From Deltaproteobacteria bacterium (lineage in GTDB: Bacteria > SAR324 > NAC60-12), in assembly GCA_038150265.1 (NCBI GenBank), contig JAYOTF010000015.1:26614-71172 (forward strand): DNA of 44,559 nt, given 5' to 3'. Below the pieces are notes generated by a model. The model was not told the origin of the DNA and did no database searches. It was given only the letters and a program-made list of their open reading frames with translations. Made by a program: the position numbers and the translations under genes. This document shows, piece after piece, positions 1 to 10,560 of this stretch (its first letter is position 1; every line of letters starts with the position of its first letter).

Positions 1-34
1 AAAATTCTATCCCAAGCCATTTCTGAGCAAGCCT

Positions 35-637
35 ATGACTGAGAAGAAGAAGGCCACTGAGCAAACTCCTGAGCAAGCCGATCCGTCTGTTGACGCGGCG
101 GACCCTTCTGTGGAGTCCGAAGCGCCTGAAGCGGCTGCGGATGAAACCGGAGCCACCGAGGAAGCCACGGCTTCCGGAACTGCTGACGAAGACGACGTGC
201 AGCGCAAATTGGACGAGGTGCAGGGCCGCTACCAGTACCTGAACGCCGAATTTGAAAATTACAAGAAACGGATGGTCCGGGAAAATTCGGAGCGCTTGAA
301 GTACTCAAATGGAGACTTGATCAAGGAACTCCTTCCGAGTTTGGACAATCTGGAGCGTGCCATTGATCACGCCAAAAAGGAAGAATCCAGCCGTGAGAGC
401 ATGATTGAAGGGCTGGAAATGGTTTACAAAATGGCCCAGGAGTCCCTGGTCAAATTCGGAGTCGCCCGAATTGATGCATCCGGCCAGGTGTTCGATCCCA
501 ACCTGCACCAGGCTGTGGGCATGGTTGACGCCGGAGAGGTCCCAGAGAACCACGTTGCAGAGCAACTTCAAGCGGGCTACACCCTTTACGACCGTGTGCT
601 GCGGCCCTCCATGGTGAGGGTGGCGGGCAAGGCGTAA
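35..637 (+). CDS. grpE: Nucleotide exchange factor GrpE
   Basis: Acidic disordered N-terminus; motifs AEFENYKKR, LLPSLDNLERA, FDPNLHQAV, GYTLYDRVLRPSMV; directly upstream of dnaK. Confidence 0.97.
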   Translation: MTEKKKATEQTPEQADPSVDAADPSVESEAPEAAADETGATEEATASGTADEDDVQRKLDEVQGRYQYLNAEFENYKKRMVRENSERLKYSNGDLIKELLPSLDNLERAIDHAKKEESSRESMIEGLEMVYKMAQESLVKFGVARIDASGQVFDPNLHQAVGMVDAGEVPENHVAEQLQAGYTLYDRVLRPSMVRVAGKA

Positions 638-661
638 CCTCAATCAGACAAAAGGAGAACT

Positions 662-2587
662 ATGGGTAAAGTGATTGGCATCGACCTGGGAACCACCAAC
701 TCCTGTGTGTCGGTGATGGAAGGCGGTGACCCGAAGGTCATCCAAAACGCAGAAGGGGCCCGCACGACCCCGTCGATGGTTGCCTTCAACGACTCCGGAG
801 AACGCCTGGTGGGCCAGGTGGCCAAGCGCCAGGCCGTAACGAACCCGAACCGCACCATCTTTTCTGCCAAGCGCCTGATGGGACAGGCCATCAATTCGCA
901 GGAAGTGAAGCACACGGAGACGATTGTTCCGTACAAGATCGTGGAAGGCGCCGGCGGCAGTGCGTACATTGGGGTGGATGACAAGAAGTATTCGCCGCAG
1001 GAGATTTCCGCGTTTGTTCTGCAGAAGATGAAGCAGACCGCAGAGGAGTACCTCGGGGAAACGGTCACGGAAGCCGTGGTCACGGTTCCGGCCTACTTCA
1101 ACGACAGCCAGCGCCAGGCAACCAAAGACGCCGGCAAGATCGCCGGCCTGAACGTCCTCCGGATCATCAACGAGCCCACGGCGGCCGCAATGGCCTATGG
1201 CCTCGACAAGAAAAACGATGAGAAGATCGCCGTCTTCGACCTCGGAGGAGGAACGTTCGACATCTCCATTCTTGAGCTTGGGGAAGGCGTGTTTGACGTC
1301 AAGTCCACCAACGGCGACACCTTCCTGGGCGGAGATGACTTTGACAACCGCTTGATCGAGTTCCTGGCGGACGAGTTCAAGAAGGAACAGGGCATTGACC
1401 TCCGGCAAGACAAGATGGCTCTGCAGCGCCTCAAGGAAGCGGCGGAAAAGGCCAAGCACGAGCTGTCTTCCAGCTCTGAGACAGATGTCAACCTGCCGTT
1501 CATCACGGCGGATGCCAGTGGTCCGAAGCACCTGAACATCAAGATCACCCGGGCCAAGTTCGAGACCCTCGTGGCAGACCTCGTGGACCGCTGCCTGGAG
1601 CCGTGCCGCAAGGCCCTCAAGGATGCCGGTGTGACGGCTAATGACATTGATGAGGTGATCCTCGTCGGGGGCATGACCCGCATGCCGAAGGTCCAGCAGA
1701 TCGTCAAGGACTTCTTTGGCAAGGAGCCGAACAAGAGCGTCAACCCCGATGAAGTCGTTGCCATTGGCGCCGCCATTCAGGGCGGTGTCCTCAAGGGCGA
1801 CGTCAAGGACGTGCTCCTGCTGGACGTCACTCCGCTTTCGCTCGGCATCGAGACCCTCGGGGGCGTCATGACCAAGCTCATTGAGCGCAACACGACGATT
1901 CCGACGCGCAAGAGCCAGGTCTTCTCCACGGCTGCTGACAACCAACCTGCGGTCAGCATCCACGTGCTGCAGGGCGAGCGCGAGATGTCGACAGACAACA
2001 AGACGCTGGGACGCTTTGAGCTGGTGGGCATCCCTCCGGCACCGCGTGGGGTTCCGCAGATTGAGGTCACGTTCGACATTGACGCCAACGGCATTGTTCA
2101 TGTCACGGCGAAGGACCTCGGCACCGGCAAGGAGCAGCAGATCAAGATCACGTCCTCCAGCGGCCTCTCGGACGAGGAAATCGACAAGATGGTCCAGGAC
2201 GCAGAGAAGTTTGCTTCCGAAGACAAGACGAAGCGGGAAAAAGTGGAGCTGAAGAACCAGGCAGAGACCCTGATCTACAGCACCGAAAAGTCTCTGAGCG
2301 ACCTCGGAGACAAGGTTCCTGCCGACGACAAGGCGAAGATTGAGGCCACCAAGGAGCAGCTCCGCAAGAGCCTCGAGGGGGACAACATCGACGCCATCCG
2401 GAGCGACATGGAGGCCCTGACACAAGCCTCGCACAAGCTGGCGGAGATGGTGTACCAGAATCAGCAGGCAGGCGGCGGTGACGATGCCACTCCGGGGGCG
2501 GATGCCCAGGGGGGTGGTGACGAAGGTGCCAAGAAAAAGGACGATGAGGACATCGTCGATGCTGATTATGAAGAAGTAAAGAAGTAA
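662..2587 (+). CDS. dnaK: Chaperone DnaK (Hsp70)
   Basis: [35 protein letters not shown] and [15 protein letters not shown]; ends [17 protein letters not shown] upstream. Confidence 0.99.
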   Translation: MGKVIGIDLGTTNSCVSVMEGGDPKVIQNAEGARTTPSMVAFNDSGERLVGQVAKRQAVTNPNRTIFSAKRLMGQAINSQEVKHTETIVPYKIVEGAGGSAYIGVDDKKYSPQEISAFVLQKMKQTAEEYLGETVTEAVVTVPAYFNDSQRQATKDAGKIAGLNVLRIINEPTAAAMAYGLDKKNDEKIAVFDLGGGTFDISILELGEGVFDVKSTNGDTFLGGDDFDNRLIEFLADEFKKEQGIDLRQDKMALQRLKEAAEKAKHELSSSSETDVNLPFITADASGPKHLNIKITRAKFETLVADLVDRCLEPCRKALKDAGVTANDIDEVILVGGMTRMPKVQQIVKDFFGKEPNKSVNPDEVVAIGAAIQGGVLKGDVKDVLLLDVTPLSLGIETLGGVMTKLIERNTTIPTRKSQVFSTAADNQPAVSIHVLQGEREMSTDNKTLGRFELVGIPPAPRGVPQIEVTFDIDANGIVHVTAKDLGTGKEQQIKITSSSGLSDEEIDKMVQDAEKFASEDKTKREKVELKNQAETLIYSTEKSLSDLGDKVPADDKAKIEATKEQLRKSLEGDNIDAIRSDMEALTQASHKLAEMVYQNQQAGGGDDATPGADAQGGGDEGAKKKDDEDIVDADYEEVKK

Positions 2588-2592
2588 GCACG

Positions 2593-2619
2593 ACGCCCCC
2601 GGGAGCCTCTCGGGGGCGT
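2593..2619 (+). terminator. GC-rich hairpin between dnaK and dnaJ (mRNA stabiliser or weak terminator)
   Basis: ACGCCCCCG...CGGGGGCGT is a perfect 9-bp inverted repeat just after the dnaK stop; there is no U-tract. Confidence 0.55.
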
Positions 2620-2645
2620 ACACTGTAGAGATTCAGGAGAACCCC

Positions 2646-3782
2646 TTGGCCAAACGCGATTACTACGAAGTTCTAGGGCTTAGCAAAGGTGCCTCAAAGG
2701 AGGAGATCAAGAAGGCGTACCGCAAGGTCGCCATGAAGTATCATCCGGACCGCAACCCTGGAGACCAAGAGGCTGAGGACAAATTCAAGGAGGCGACCGA
2801 AGCCTTTGAGGTCCTGGGCGATGACGAAAAACGGAATCGCTACGACCAGTTTGGCCATGCCGGAACCGAAGGCATGGGCGGCGATTTCAGTGGCTTCAGC
2901 AACTTCGGTGGCGGGGGCGCCGGATTTGGCGACATCTTTGGGGACATCTTCGGCGAGTTCTTTGGCGGTGGCGGAGGTCCCGGAGGCGGCCGTCGGGCGT
3001 CGCGGGGCGAACGGGGCTCCGACCTGCAGTACAACCTGGAGGTCACTTTTGAAGAAGCAGCCTTTGGCGGAGCCCGGGAAATTGAAATCCCCCGGATGGA
3101 AACCTGCGACACCTGCAGCGGATTAGGCGCTCACTCACAGAGCGACATTGAAATCTGCTCCGACTGTGGCGGAAGCGGCCAGCAACGCATCCAGCAGGGC
3201 TTCTTCAGCGTGGTCACAACCTGCTCCACCTGTGGTGGACGTGGCAAGACCATCAAGAACGTCTGCAAGAGCTGCCGAGGGCGGGGACGGGTTCAGAAGA
3301 CCAAGCGCCTGCGCATCAACATCCCGGCTGGGGTCAACACCGGCTCTCGCATCAAGCTCACGGGAGAAGGGGAGCACGGCACCAACGGCGGCGGTAACGG
3401 CGACCTCTATGTGGTGCTGCGCGTCAAGGAGCACCCGGTCTTTGATCGCGATGGCTCCGACCTGTTCTGTGAGGTGCCGATCAGCTTCACGCAGGCAGCG
3501 CTGGGAACCGAGCTGGAGGTGCCCACGCTTGAGGGCAAGGCCAAGCTCAAGATTCCTGCAGGAACCCAGACGCACAAGATCTTCCGGCTCCGGAACCAGG
3601 GCATGCCCGAACTCCGAGGCGGCGGGCGGGGAGACCTGCTCTGCCGGGTGCTGGTGGAGACGCCCACCAACCTTTCGGCGCGGCAGCGGGAGCTGCTGGA
3701 AGAACTGGAGTCGGTGAGCAGCAGCGACGATCACCCCCTGCGGGACAAGTTCTTCAACGCCATTCGGGACCTCTTTTCCTGA
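2646..3782 (+). CDS. dnaJ: Chaperone DnaJ (TTG start)
   Basis: J-domain with HPD, G/F-rich region and four CxxCxGxG repeats; SD AGGAGA before the TTG. Confidence 0.99.
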   Translation: MAKRDYYEVLGLSKGASKEEIKKAYRKVAMKYHPDRNPGDQEAEDKFKEATEAFEVLGDDEKRNRYDQFGHAGTEGMGGDFSGFSNFGGGGAGFGDIFGDIFGEFFGGGGGPGGGRRASRGERGSDLQYNLEVTFEEAAFGGAREIEIPRMETCDTCSGLGAHSQSDIEICSDCGGSGQQRIQQGFFSVVTTCSTCGGRGKTIKNVCKSCRGRGRVQKTKRLRINIPAGVNTGSRIKLTGEGEHGTNGGGNGDLYVVLRVKEHPVFDRDGSDLFCEVPISFTQAALGTELEVPTLEGKAKLKIPAGTQTHKIFRLRNQGMPELRGGGRGDLLCRVLVETPTNLSARQRELLEELESVSSSDDHPLRDKFFNAIRDLFS

Positions 3783-3794
3783 CAGCTCCCGGAC

Positions 3795-4265
3795 TCAGGT
3801 CCGGGCCCCCTCCGGATGCCGGATCATCGCGTAGCGGGTCAACACGACCCCATCGCGCCGGCTCTGCTCCACGCATTCCACCTCAAACCCGTATCGCTCA
3901 AACAGCGGCTTCGAAAATTCGGAGGCTGCCACCGTGACGGCGTGTTTCGTGTCGGCTTGCTGCAGAAGCATTTCCAGCAAAGCGGTCCCCACTCCCTGTC
4001 GCATGAACTCAGGTGCCACAAACAGGGCCGAAAGGTGGTCTGGCGTCGCCAGCGCCCCAAAGCCCTGAAGGCGTCCAGAGGCGTCTTGTGCCACAAAGGT
4101 CTGGGCACCAGTCACCCAGTCGGCAAACTCCGCCTCGTTGGCAAAACGCGCCCACGCCGCGACCTGTTCCGGAGTGTAGGCCTGCGGGCCGGCGTGTTCG
4201 ATGGCACGGCGGTAGAGGGTCCGGAGCGCGTCCTGCTCTTCCGGTTGCATGGGACGAATGATCAC
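3795..4265 (-). CDS. GNAT-family N-acetyltransferase (YafP-like)
   Basis: Acetyl-CoA motif LFVAPEFMRQGVG and AS...KPLFERYGF; ATGA overlap with the dctM stop. Confidence 0.85.
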   Translation of the reverse strand: MIIRPMQPEEQDALRTLYRRAIEHAGPQAYTPEQVAAWARFANEAEFADWVTGAQTFVAQDASGRLQGFGALATPDHLSALFVAPEFMRQGVGTALLEMLLQQADTKHAVTVAASEFSKPLFERYGFEVECVEQSRRDGVVLTRYAMIRHPEGART

Positions 4266-5554
4266 CCCATTGCCTCGGGAATGACCAACACGAGCCAGGG
4301 CACAAAGACCAGAAGCGCCAGCCGAAACACGTCGGCCAGCAGGAAGGGCAACACGCCCCGGAAGATCGTCTGGGTTGAGACATCCGGAAGCACGGAGCGG
4401 AGGACGAAAACGTTCAGGCCAACCGGAGGCGTGATGAGGCTGATTTCGGTCACAACCACGACAATCACACCAAACCAGATGAGGTCAAAGCCCAAATCCG
4501 CGACCAGCGGGTAAAAGATCGGAACCGTCAGCAGGATCATGGAGAGGCTCTCCAGCACGGCTCCAAGGATCAGGTAGATCACGAGGATGAGCCCGATCAC
4601 GGCCAACGGGGCAAGCCCGGCATCCTGAACCCAGTCGGAAAGATCACTTGGGAGCCCAGCGATGTTGACAAAGTTGGAGAAGAGCAGGGCCCCAATGAGG
4701 ATGAAGAACATCATCGCTGTGGTGTGAGTGGACTCGACCAGTACTGAAAACAGCATCTTGCGGTTGAGCTTGCCCCGGAGCCAGGTGAATCCCAAGGCCC
4801 CGGAGGCGCCAATCCCTGCGGCTTCTGTGGGAGTGAAGACGCCCAGGTAAATGCCACCGATGACGAGGGCAAAGAGTGAGAGGATGCCCCAAACGCCTTT
4901 CAGGAGCCGAAAGCGCTCATTCATCGGCATTGGGGTCGCGCGTGGCCCCAACTCCGGTTTGAACCAGGTGACCCCCCACACCGCGGCCATGTAGCCCAGG
5001 ATGCCCAGGAGTCCCGGAAGGATCCCTGCTGCAAACAGCTTCCCAATGTCCTGCTGAGTCATGACGCCATAGAGCACCAGGATGACGCTGGGAGGAATGA
5101 GGATGCCCAGGGTGCCGCCGGCAGCAATCACTCCGGAGGCCAGGGAGTCGGCATAGCCGTACCGTCGCATGGAGGGCATGGTGACCTTGGCCATGGTGGC
5201 GGCGGTCGCAAGGGAACTGCCGCACACGGCGCTGAAGCCTCCGCAGGCCACGGCGGTCGCCATGGCGAGCCCACCCCGTCGGTGCCCGAGCCAGGCGTTG
5301 GAGGCGCCATAGAGTTCATCCGAAAGCCCGGCATGCGTCACCAGGTTCCCCATGAGGATGAAGAGGGGAACCACGGAGAGCCCATAATCCATCCCGGTTT
5401 CCAGCGTCACCTGAGCCACCATGGAAAACGCCGGGTCCCAGCCAATCATGAGCCCCAACCCCCCAAATCCGACCAGAGCCATCGAGAAGGCGATGGGCAC
5501 CCCGAGGAACATGATCGTCAGCAGAATCACAATGCCGGTTAACCAGAATTCGAT
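4262..5554 (-). CDS. dctM: TRAP transporter large permease DctM (probable non-canonical ATC start)
   Basis: Motifs GVPIAF, VPLFILMG, GTLGILIPPS, FTPTEAA and ITPPVGLN. Start placed at the in-frame ATC after AAAGGAGG; the ORF-track TTG at 5644 lies inside dctQ. Confidence 0.9.
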   Translation of the reverse strand: MEFWLTGIVILLTIMFLGVPIAFSMALVGFGGLGLMIGWDPAFSMVAQVTLETGMDYGLSVVPLFILMGNLVTHAGLSDELYGASNAWLGHRRGGLAMATAVACGGFSAVCGSSLATAATMAKVTMPSMRRYGYADSLASGVIAAGGTLGILIPPSVILVLYGVMTQQDIGKLFAAGILPGLLGILGYMAAVWGVTWFKPELGPRATPMPMNERFRLLKGVWGILSLFALVIGGIYLGVFTPTEAAGIGASGALGFTWLRGKLNRKMLFSVLVESTHTTAMMFFILIGALLFSNFVNIAGLPSDLSDWVQDAGLAPLAVIGLILVIYLILGAVLESLSMILLTVPIFYPLVADLGFDLIWFGVIVVVVTEISLITPPVGLNVFVLRSVLPDVSTQTIFRGVLPFLLADVFRLALLVFVPWLVLVIPEAMG

Positions 5555-5585
5555 GGCGCCTCCTTTGAGCGTGAGGTGAGGGAAA

Positions 5586-6086
5586 TCAGGGGTGGCGGAT
5601 GACCCGAACGGCTTGGGCGACGGCAAGGACGGCGCTGATGCCAATGAGCAGCGCCGAAAAGTAACCCACCGGCGCCAGTGGGATGAACAGGTAGGCGGTT
5701 TCGTCTCCGTATTCTGCCATCTCGGTCGCCTTCACCCAGACCCGCCACGTCATGACCACCAGCACGCTGGCCATCACCAACGCCGTGACAACGTTCTGGA
5801 TCCGGAGGGCACGAGGCGGGAGGCGATTGATGAAGAGGCTGACGGAAACATGCTCCCCGGAGCGTGTGACCAGCGGCAGTCCGGCAAAAATCAGGGACGC
5901 CATGAGGATCTCGGTGATCTCGAAGGCCCCCGGAATGGGCGCGTTGAGGAGGTACCGCCCAATCACATCAAAAAAGGTGAGGGCCATCATCGACAGCAGC
6001 ATGGCTGACGCAATCAGGCCCAGCGCCTTTCCCAACCAGTCAGAGGTGGAAACCGCCGTAGCGGCTTCCAGGTTCTCGGAACTCAT
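5586..6086 (-). CDS. dctQ: TRAP transporter small permease DctQ
   Basis: Four TM segments; DVIGRY...PIPGAFEI and HVSVSLF motifs; lies between dctP and dctM. Confidence 0.92.
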   Translation of the reverse strand: MSSENLEAATAVSTSDWLGKALGLIASAMLLSMMALTFFDVIGRYLLNAPIPGAFEITEILMASLIFAGLPLVTRSGEHVSVSLFINRLPPRALRIQNVVTALVMASVLVVMTWRVWVKATEMAEYGDETAYLFIPLAPVGYFSALLIGISAVLAVAQAVRVIRHP

Positions 6087-7099
6087 GGACGATAAGCCGC
6101 CGCTTCTGATCGGAGCATGGCCAGGGCCGCCTGGCCATCAATCCCCTTCTCGGCAAGGCGGTTGAGGACAGTGGTTTCAATGTTGGCGAGGCGGGCCTTC
6201 AGCTCGTTCATCAGAGCTGGACTGGCGGTGGAGACCTGCATGTTTTCTGCTTCCATGGCGGTCTTCCCCCGTGCATCGGCCTGGTCCCAGCCCTTGCCGG
6301 CCAGCTGCGCAAATGCCTCTCCGGAGACGCTGTCAATGGCCTGCTGGTCTTCTGGACTCAGGCGGTCCCACTTGCGCTGATTCATGATCAGGAAGAAGCT
6401 GGTGTTGTACATGCCCCCGGGAACGAGCGTGGCATACTTCAGCACCTGCGACAGCTTGAAGGAGGCAATGGACTCGGTTGGGAAGAAGATGCCATCGGCA
6501 ACACCGCGCGAGAGGATTTCGTAGGACTCGCTTGCCGGCTTGAGCAGCGTCACGGCGCCGAGAGCCTTGCCGACGTCATTGACGACTCCTCCCCCAACAC
6601 GGATCTTCATGCCGTCGAGGTCCGCCACAGACTGGATGGGCTTCTCAATGCTGTACATGTGTCCCGGGCCATGGGTGAAGACGCCCAAAACCTTGGTGCC
6701 AGCATGCTCATTGGCTGCCGCCAGGTACTTTTCATAAGTCCGCCAGTACGCAACCGAAATCGCCTCGGCGCTGTCGCCCAGGAAGGGGATTTCGGCAATC
6801 TGCGTTGCGACAAACCGTCCGGGCGTGTAGCCATGGACGCCCAGGGTGACATCGGCAATGCCGTCCCGAGCCAGGTCGTAGTGGCTCGGAGGCTTGCCAA
6901 GTGGCTTCGCGAGCAGGTTGATTTCGACGTTTCCGTTGGTCGCTTCTGCCACACGGTCGGCCCAGGGCTGAATCATCAGCGTGGTGATCGGGTGGGTCGG
7001 GGGAAGCCAGTTGGAGAAGCGAAGGGTGGTTTTGGCCTGAGCGGGGAGGGAGACAGCGAGCAGTCCGGCCAGGACTCCGGCCGTAAAGAGCTTCTTCAT
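6083..7099 (-). CDS. dctP: TRAP substrate-binding protein DctP
   Basis: Signal peptide MKKLF...AQA; DLDGMKIRV and YEILSRGVADG motifs; SD AGGAG before the ATG at 7099. Confidence 0.92.
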   Translation of the reverse strand: MKKLFTAGVLAGLLAVSLPAQAKTTLRFSNWLPPTHPITTLMIQPWADRVAEATNGNVEINLLAKPLGKPPSHYDLARDGIADVTLGVHGYTPGRFVATQIAEIPFLGDSAEAISVAYWRTYEKYLAAANEHAGTKVLGVFTHGPGHMYSIEKPIQSVADLDGMKIRVGGGVVNDVGKALGAVTLLKPASESYEILSRGVADGIFFPTESIASFKLSQVLKYATLVPGGMYNTSFFLIMNQRKWDRLSPEDQQAIDSVSGEAFAQLAGKGWDQADARGKTAMEAENMQVSTASPALMNELKARLANIETTVLNRLAEKGIDGQAALAMLRSEAAAYRP

Positions 7100-7157
7100 G
7101 GATTCTCTCCTGAGAGGTTCACAAAATGAGGCCGTTCCGAGGCCTGAGCAAGCGGAG

Positions 7158-8693
7158 TCACTCCGCGAAAAGGTGCGCCTGCTGACGCAGTTCATACTTG
7201 AGGACCTTGCCCATGGTGTTGCGGGGCAGGGTCTCGACAAAAACAAAGGCTTTGGGGTGTTTGAAGCGGGCCAGACGCTCGTGCAGCAGGGCCTGCAACT
7301 CCGGCTCGGTCACCGTCTGCCCAGGCAGGCATTCGACAAAGGCGACGGGCACTTCCCCCCAGTGCGCATCGGCTCGAGCGACCACGGCAACATCGGCCAG
7401 GGCTTCATGTTCACGGAGGGTCGCCTCCAGTTCTGCCGAGTAGATGTTCTCTCCTCCGGAAATGATGATGTCCTTCTTGCGGTCGTGGATGGTCAGGAAG
7501 CCTTCGTCATCCTGAACACCAACGTCTCCTGTCCGGAACCAGCCGTTGGCGAACGCCTCTGCTGTGGCCTCGGCGCTGCCCCAGTACTCCTGCATCACAT
7601 TCGGACCCTGCACCCACAGCTCACCAGAGGTGCCGGGAGGAACCTCGTGGCCTGAATCATCCACTACTTTCACCCTACAATGCAAGGCCGGTTTTCCCGT
7701 CGAGCCGATTTTCCGGAAGGCGTCCTCTCGTCGCAGAACCGCTGCAATCGGGGCGGTTTCGGTGGAGCCATAGACCTGCCCAATGGGAAGCTGGCGCTGG
7801 TGGAAGCCTTCAATGAATTCGGTTGGCACGACAGAAGAGCCGGTCACGACCATCCGCAGCGAAGTCAGGTCGCTATCGGCCCAACGCGGGTGCCGGAGGA
7901 GGGCCTGCATGGTCACTGGAACAAGCAGGAGCAGGCTGGGCCGGTGCTGCTCCACCAGCATGAGGGTCTGCCCGGGATCAAAACGGGGAGTGATCAGGAC
8001 TTCAGCGCCCGCATAGAGGGCGGGAGTGGTCTGGATGTTCAGGGGGCCCACGTGAAAGAACGGCAGCACCGAGAGGATGCGGTCCTGACTCGTCAGGTCA
8101 TGCAGGTGGAGGCTGTTGAGGGCATTCCAGAAGAGGGCTGCTTGCGTGAGCACGGCCCCTTTGGGGTGCCCGGTGGTTCCGGAGGTGTAGACGATCAGCC
8201 ACGGGGCGTCGAGGGAAACCATGGGGTTGGCGTCATCGGGTCCGGAGGCGTCCAGCACCGCCTGGTGAGGGGTCCAGCCAGAGGCTGTGAATTCCAGAGC
8301 AATCAGGTGGCAGTCCGGAACCGCTTCCTGAACGACGGTTGCATGAGACTGAAAATCGGCCTCGGCAATGAGAACGTGGGCGCCGGCATTTTTGACAATG
8401 TAGGCGTGTTCCGGAGGAGCAAGCCGCCAGTTGAGTGGCACCAGCACGGCTCCCAACCGGGCGCAGGCAAAGAGCAGCGCCAGCAGGTCGGGGTGGTTGT
8501 AGCCAAGAAACACGACCCGGTCCCCGCGACCGACCCCCAGTTTGTGCTTGAGCCCTCGAGCCCAGTCTCGGACACGGGCCTCCAGTTGCTGGTAGGTCCA
8601 AACCTCCTCGGTTTCAGGGGCACGGAAGAAGCGCAGGGCCGGTTTTTCGGGGGTAAAGTCAGCATGTCGCTCAATCCACTGGGCGGCATTCAC
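7158..8693 (-). CDS. Acyl-CoA synthetase / AMP-forming acid-CoA ligase
   Basis: YTSGTTGHPKG, YGSTET, GWFRTGD, DRKKDIIISGGENIY and LPRNTMGKVLK. Confidence 0.93.
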   Translation of the reverse strand: MNAAQWIERHADFTPEKPALRFFRAPETEEVWTYQQLEARVRDWARGLKHKLGVGRGDRVVFLGYNHPDLLALLFACARLGAVLVPLNWRLAPPEHAYIVKNAGAHVLIAEADFQSHATVVQEAVPDCHLIALEFTASGWTPHQAVLDASGPDDANPMVSLDAPWLIVYTSGTTGHPKGAVLTQAALFWNALNSLHLHDLTSQDRILSVLPFFHVGPLNIQTTPALYAGAEVLITPRFDPGQTLMLVEQHRPSLLLLVPVTMQALLRHPRWADSDLTSLRMVVTGSSVVPTEFIEGFHQRQLPIGQVYGSTETAPIAAVLRREDAFRKIGSTGKPALHCRVKVVDDSGHEVPPGTSGELWVQGPNVMQEYWGSAEATAEAFANGWFRTGDVGVQDDEGFLTIHDRKKDIIISGGENIYSAELEATLREHEALADVAVVARADAHWGEVPVAFVECLPGQTVTEPELQALLHERLARFKHPKAFVFVETLPRNTMGKVLKYELRQQAHLFAE

Positions 8694-9442
8694 GTTACGG
8701 ACTCCAGAAACTGATGCAGTTCATCATTAAAGCGCTGCGGGGCTTCAAGCGGAATCAGGTGCCCCGCTTCCTCAAAGCAGGTGTAGCGGGCGTGGGGGAT
8801 GGCATCAGCCATGCGCTGCATTACCCGCGCCGGCGCATTCTGGTCGTGCCCACCGGAAATGAGCAGCGTGGGGACCGTCAGTTGCCCCAGCAGCGCTCGC
8901 TGGTCGAAGTAGGTCAGGGCATGGAGGGCCTGCACGTAAGGCGTCTGGGGGACCTGTTGCATGCTCCGAAGCGCCTGTGCCCTTCCGGCAGGATCCGGGT
9001 GCGGCCCAAGCATCCTGGCCAGGGCCTCCGGGGCGAGTTCCCGGAGCGTCTTCCCGGCGCGCAGCGGAGCAAGGCGCTGCTCCAGAAATTGCTTCTGCCA
9101 GTCTCCGTCGGGTTTCCCAAAGGCTGGGCTGGTAGCGACCAGGGTCAGGGAGCGAACCCACTCCGGACGCTGAGCCGCCACCTCGAGGGCGAGCATTCCG
9201 CCCAGAGAATGTCCGACCCAGTGTGCAGGTTCAAGATTTAACTCCGGGTGGTCCGCCGCGAGGACGGCGGGCAAGTCCTTGAGGGTGAAGTAGGAAACTG
9301 GCGGGGTGCCGCCGTAGCCGGGGAGGTTCCAGGCGAGGCAGGAGTAGTGGGGGGAGAAGGCGTCGAGTTGCAACTGCCAACTGGAGGCATCGGTTCCCAC
9401 ACCATGGAGAAAGATCAGTTGGGGAGCGCCGTTCGGTTCCAT
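8690..9442 (-). CDS. Alpha/beta-fold hydrolase (PcaD/MenH-like)
   Basis: FLHGVG oxyanion motif, GHSLGG nucleophile elbow, GGHD acid and AGHL histidine; 4-nt overlap with the ligase gene. Confidence 0.88.
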   Translation of the reverse strand: MEPNGAPQLIFLHGVGTDASSWQLQLDAFSPHYSCLAWNLPGYGGTPPVSYFTLKDLPAVLAADHPELNLEPAHWVGHSLGGMLALEVAAQRPEWVRSLTLVATSPAFGKPDGDWQKQFLEQRLAPLRAGKTLRELAPEALARMLGPHPDPAGRAQALRSMQQVPQTPYVQALHALTYFDQRALLGQLTVPTLLISGGHDQNAPARVMQRMADAIPHARYTCFEEAGHLIPLEAPQRFNDELHQFLESVT

Positions 9443-9542
9443 TGAGTTGCAGGCATGAGGTCGTGTTCAGTCGGCCGATACCGTCCCAGATCAGCATCAG
9501 GAGCGCAACTTCTTTTTGAAAAATCCCGGGATCCGCGTGTTT

Positions 9543-10391
9543 TTAGAGCGAGAGTGCCTCGACGGTGCAGCCGGTTGCCTCAAGGGTGATGCGGTGCAGG
9601 GAGGTCGGGGGGCGGCTCGGCTTCACCCGCATGGTGGAAGAAGCAGAGTTGACGACCTCCAGGGGGGAGCCGTCTGGACGTGTGAAAGAAAGGTGCCAGT
9701 TCCGGTGGACGTGCCCATGGAGGTACAGCCCGATGGCAGAATGCGCCCAGACCCACTCCCGGACCCTTTCGAGTTGGTTGAGTTCGTGGTTGGCATGAAC
9801 CTCCCAGCCTTCCGGAAACCAGAGCGGGTAGTGATTCATGAGGACAAAGCGGGTGCCCGGAGGCTGAGCCTCCATGAAGGCTTCGGTCGCGGCCAGGGTT
9901 TGCTCCCGGACGGTTCCGCAGGCCTGAAGCCAGCTGTTCGGGTGGGTGCTGTCCCAGCCAATGAGCCACCAGCCTGGGCCCAGCGGCGCGGTCAGGATTT
10001 CCTGGGTGGTCCACCAGGGGCCGAAGAACTCGTAAAAGCGGTCTGGTGCGCAGGCTTCCGAAACATAGCGGTCGTGGTTTCCGGGGATGACGTGCACGGG
10101 GCGTGGGCCGTCCAGAAGCGGAGCCAGGTGCTGGCGGGCCTGCTCAAATTCGGTGGCCAGGGCCAGCTGGGTGAAGTCTCCGCTGATGAGCAGGTGGTCC
10201 CACTCTTCTGCCAGCAGGCGGTCCCGGAGCCGTTCGTAGCGCTCCGGGGGGTAGTCGGCCCGGCGGCGCAGGAGGAGATTCAGGGAGCCGAGCAGGCGCT
10301 TGGAGGTCCACTCGGCAGGCGTGTGCGGAAGGGCGTGATAGTGCAAGTCGGAGACGTGCATCAACGTGAGCGAAGAAGCCACAAATTCCAA
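9543..10391 (-). CDS. Calcineurin-like metallophosphoesterase (CpdA-like); start uncertain
   Basis: The five metal motifs SDLH, SGD, PGNHD, NHYP and HGHVH occur in order. Confidence 0.88.
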   Translation of the reverse strand: MEFVASSLTLMHVSDLHYHALPHTPAEWTSKRLLGSLNLLLRRRADYPPERYERLRDRLLAEEWDHLLISGDFTQLALATEFEQARQHLAPLLDGPRPVHVIPGNHDRYVSEACAPDRFYEFFGPWWTTQEILTAPLGPGWWLIGWDSTHPNSWLQACGTVREQTLAATEAFMEAQPPGTRFVLMNHYPLWFPEGWEVHANHELNQLERVREWVWAHSAIGLYLHGHVHRNWHLSFTRPDGSPLEVVNSASSTMRVKPSRPPTSLHRITLEATGCTVEALSL

Positions 10392-10560
10392 ACTTTACTT
10401 GTCATTTTAGGGGATTTCTCCTACCTTTTCGGGTTTCGGCATCCTCTAGATCGCCAAATCCCCAAGTTGTCTTGATGCGGCCAAGTCTGGCCTGTTCCCG
10501 CCCGGTTCGCAAGTCATCTTGTGGAACCGTATCACCTTGGAACCAAAAGGAGAACCCCCC

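Noticed and set aside
644..2623. 659-aa ORF antisense to dnaK
   Set aside because: Well-known shadow frame of hsp70 genes caused by codon bias; no independent motifs.
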